From positions 30,473-94,472 of IMG/VR virus record IMGVR_UViG_2551306162_000001: 64,000 bases of DNA. The stretch is one strand, 5' to 3'. The notes under the pieces are model-generated. The model was not told the DNA's origin. It saw only the letters and a list, made by a program, of their open reading frames with translations, and made no database searches. The position numbers were made by a program, and so were the translations under genes. Below, piece by piece: positions 62,336 through 64,000 of the stretch. Source of the stretch: a virus. Its lineage: Duplodnaviria > Caudoviricetes. Every line of letters starts with the position of its first letter. Position 1 is the first letter of the stretch.

Positions 62336-62737
62336 TGGTCGTCCTGATGTCGTCGTGATGTCGGGTGAGGCCCGTGGTGCTGCGTGCCGCCCCGGCGGGA
62401 TGCCGGTCGGTAACCGAGTGGCGTGTTGGTGGGGTTGACGCGGGTTACGCTTCGGTAGCGTTATTGGAGTCCGATTGTCACCTGCGTCCGTCCCTCCGCT
62501 GTCACATCTGGGCGGTTGACCTGCGGCTTCCCCCGACGGAAGTGGCGCAGCTCAGACCCGGATTTTGCCGGATACCTAGCCTCTAAAACGAGGTTGCCCG
62601 AACTGTACTACTAAGATTCTGAGTACCACAACAGACCCCTCGGCCCGTTACCAATCCGTTGCCAAGTGCAAGTTTCATGGCGTGTCATGTGGGTATCGGT
62701 GCCCCATATATGTCTCATTTGAGGCTACGGTGAGGCG

Positions 62738-63067
62738 GTGACGGAGGCTCCACGAACGCTCGACCAAGCGCTAGGCAGGGTGATAGCCCGGCGCCGTGAA
62801 TTGCAGAAGATGCCGGACGGGAAGCATATGACGCAGGCGAACCTGGCCGAGTTGCTCGATACGTCGACTCCGCGCGTGCGGAATTTCGAACAGGGTCGGC
62901 AAGCGGTGCCGATCACGTTCCTGTGGCAGCTCGCGGGCTTGTTTCATTGTCGCGTCACCGACCTCATCGATGAAGCCGAGACGTTGCTCCAAGCAGCGGG
63001 GATCACGCCAACGGCGCCGAAGCCGAACGCGGCGATGCGCAACATCGGGCGTTCGCTGGGCTGGTGA
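62738..63067 (+). CDS. XRE HTH regulator
   Basis: MTQANLAELL...VRNFEQG; TACGGT-N6-GTG. Confidence 0.75.
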   Translation: MTEAPRTLDQALGRVIARRRELQKMPDGKHMTQANLAELLDTSTPRVRNFEQGRQAVPITFLWQLAGLFHCRVTDLIDEAETLLQAAGITPTAPKPNAAMRNIGRSLGW

Positions 63068-63093
63068 ATGGGACCGTCTAAACCGCTTACCGT

Positions 63094-63843
63094 ATGCGGT
63101 TTCGGACCCCCGCCGACCACGCACGATATACAGTCCGATTTGTGTCGGTTGTAGGTTGGTTCGTGGTTGCTGTCGGTGTCGCGCGGCTGTCGATCTGGAG
63201 GGCGAGCCCGCGATCGCATCGATTCACCCTGGCATTGCTGCTTACCGGAATCGGGTTCCTGCTGCCCGCAATCGGATTCGACTTCGGCCAGAACGGCGAT
63301 GGAGAGTCTTTCTGGGCGAAGTTGGTCTACACCCTCGTCGCGGTGATGGCGTGCGAGCTGTACGGGTGGGTGCTGCTCGACGGCGCGGCGGCCGAGATCA
63401 CCGAGGGCGACTACGACGGCCACAAACGCTGGTTCAGGCCCGCGGTGTGGGCGTGGCGGTCGCTGATCGCGATGACCGCGGTGGCGCTGATGATCCCCAA
63501 CGCTCCCCTGCTGGGCACGCTCGCGCTGGCGGTGGTGATCACCGTCGTCGCGGGGCTCGGTGTCGCCGCGCTGGTGCGGGTGCTGCGCGGTGCGCGGGCG
63601 TCGACGAAGTTCGCGGCCGCGGCCCTGCCGGGGGCGGTCGGGGTGATCCTGCTGGGTTTCGTGGTGGTGGCCGTGTGGGGCTCGCGCAGCGACCCGGATT
63701 GGCTGGCGCATCACGAGGCGCTGGTGCAGACGATAGTGACCGCGCCCGCGGCTATCGCGCTGGCTATCGCTGGGCTACTGGGGTTGTGGGTGGCGCTGCG
63801 GGACCGTATCGCGGCGCGGCGAGAGGCGTCGCAGAGGTCGTGA
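63094..63843 (+). CDS. multi-pass membrane protein
   Basis: About 7 hydrophobic segments; start uncertain. Confidence 0.65.
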   Translation: MRFRTPADHARYTVRFVSVVGWFVVAVGVARLSIWRASPRSHRFTLALLLTGIGFLLPAIGFDFGQNGDGESFWAKLVYTLVAVMACELYGWVLLDGAAAEITEGDYDGHKRWFRPAVWAWRSLIAMTAVALMIPNAPLLGTLALAVVITVVAGLGVAALVRVLRGARASTKFAAAALPGAVGVILLGFVVVAVWGSRSDPDWLAHHEALVQTIVTAPAAIALAIAGLLGLWVALRDRIAARREASQRS

Positions 63844-63907
63844 TCGGGGCCGCTGGGCGGGCCGTGAGGGTGCCCGCTCAGGTCGTCTACAAGCCGTCCG
63901 AGGACCA

Positions 63908-63990
63908 CCGACAACACCCGACAACACCGAACAACACCAACAAAGCCCAGGTCACACGGGGTTCTCGTGGAATCCCTGTGACCTGGGCCT
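63908..63990. repeat. 10-bp-phased repeats plus hairpin, att-region-like
   Basis: ACAACACC at 63911/63921/63931; GCCCAGGTCACA / TGTGACCTGGGC stem. Confidence 0.45.
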
Positions 63991-64000
63991 TTGCGGTCTA

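Overview
High-GC actinobacterial (probably Nocardia-like) temperate siphovirus or prophage, non-structural arm. Most genes run leftward (minus strand) from an immunity region near 61 kb: recombination genes (YqaJ, DnaQ-like), replication initiator, DNA methyltransferases, RusA, WhiB, many small hypotheticals, an RNA-repair block, a tRNA array and the start of the packaging region (HTH/terminase-small-like). A rightward island of small genes lies at 26-34 kb. Strongest candidates for new biology: (1) an Aca2-like HTH flanked by two near-identical promoter/operator/5'UTR-hairpin modules that drive uncharacterised genes, a candidate actinobacterial anti-defence regulon; (2) an RNA ligase gene split in two by a LAGLIDADG endonuclease with no intron or intein, with a restart RBS supplied by the invader; (3) large ornate non-coding RNAs (~360 and ~185 nt) and tRNA mimics inside the tRNA array; (4) five sigmaA-type promoters embedded in 5-bp-phased pentamer arrays; (5) a Schlafen/AlbA_2-like moron carried together with tRNAs and tRNA-repair enzymes. 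All calls come from reading motifs by eye; no searches were run.
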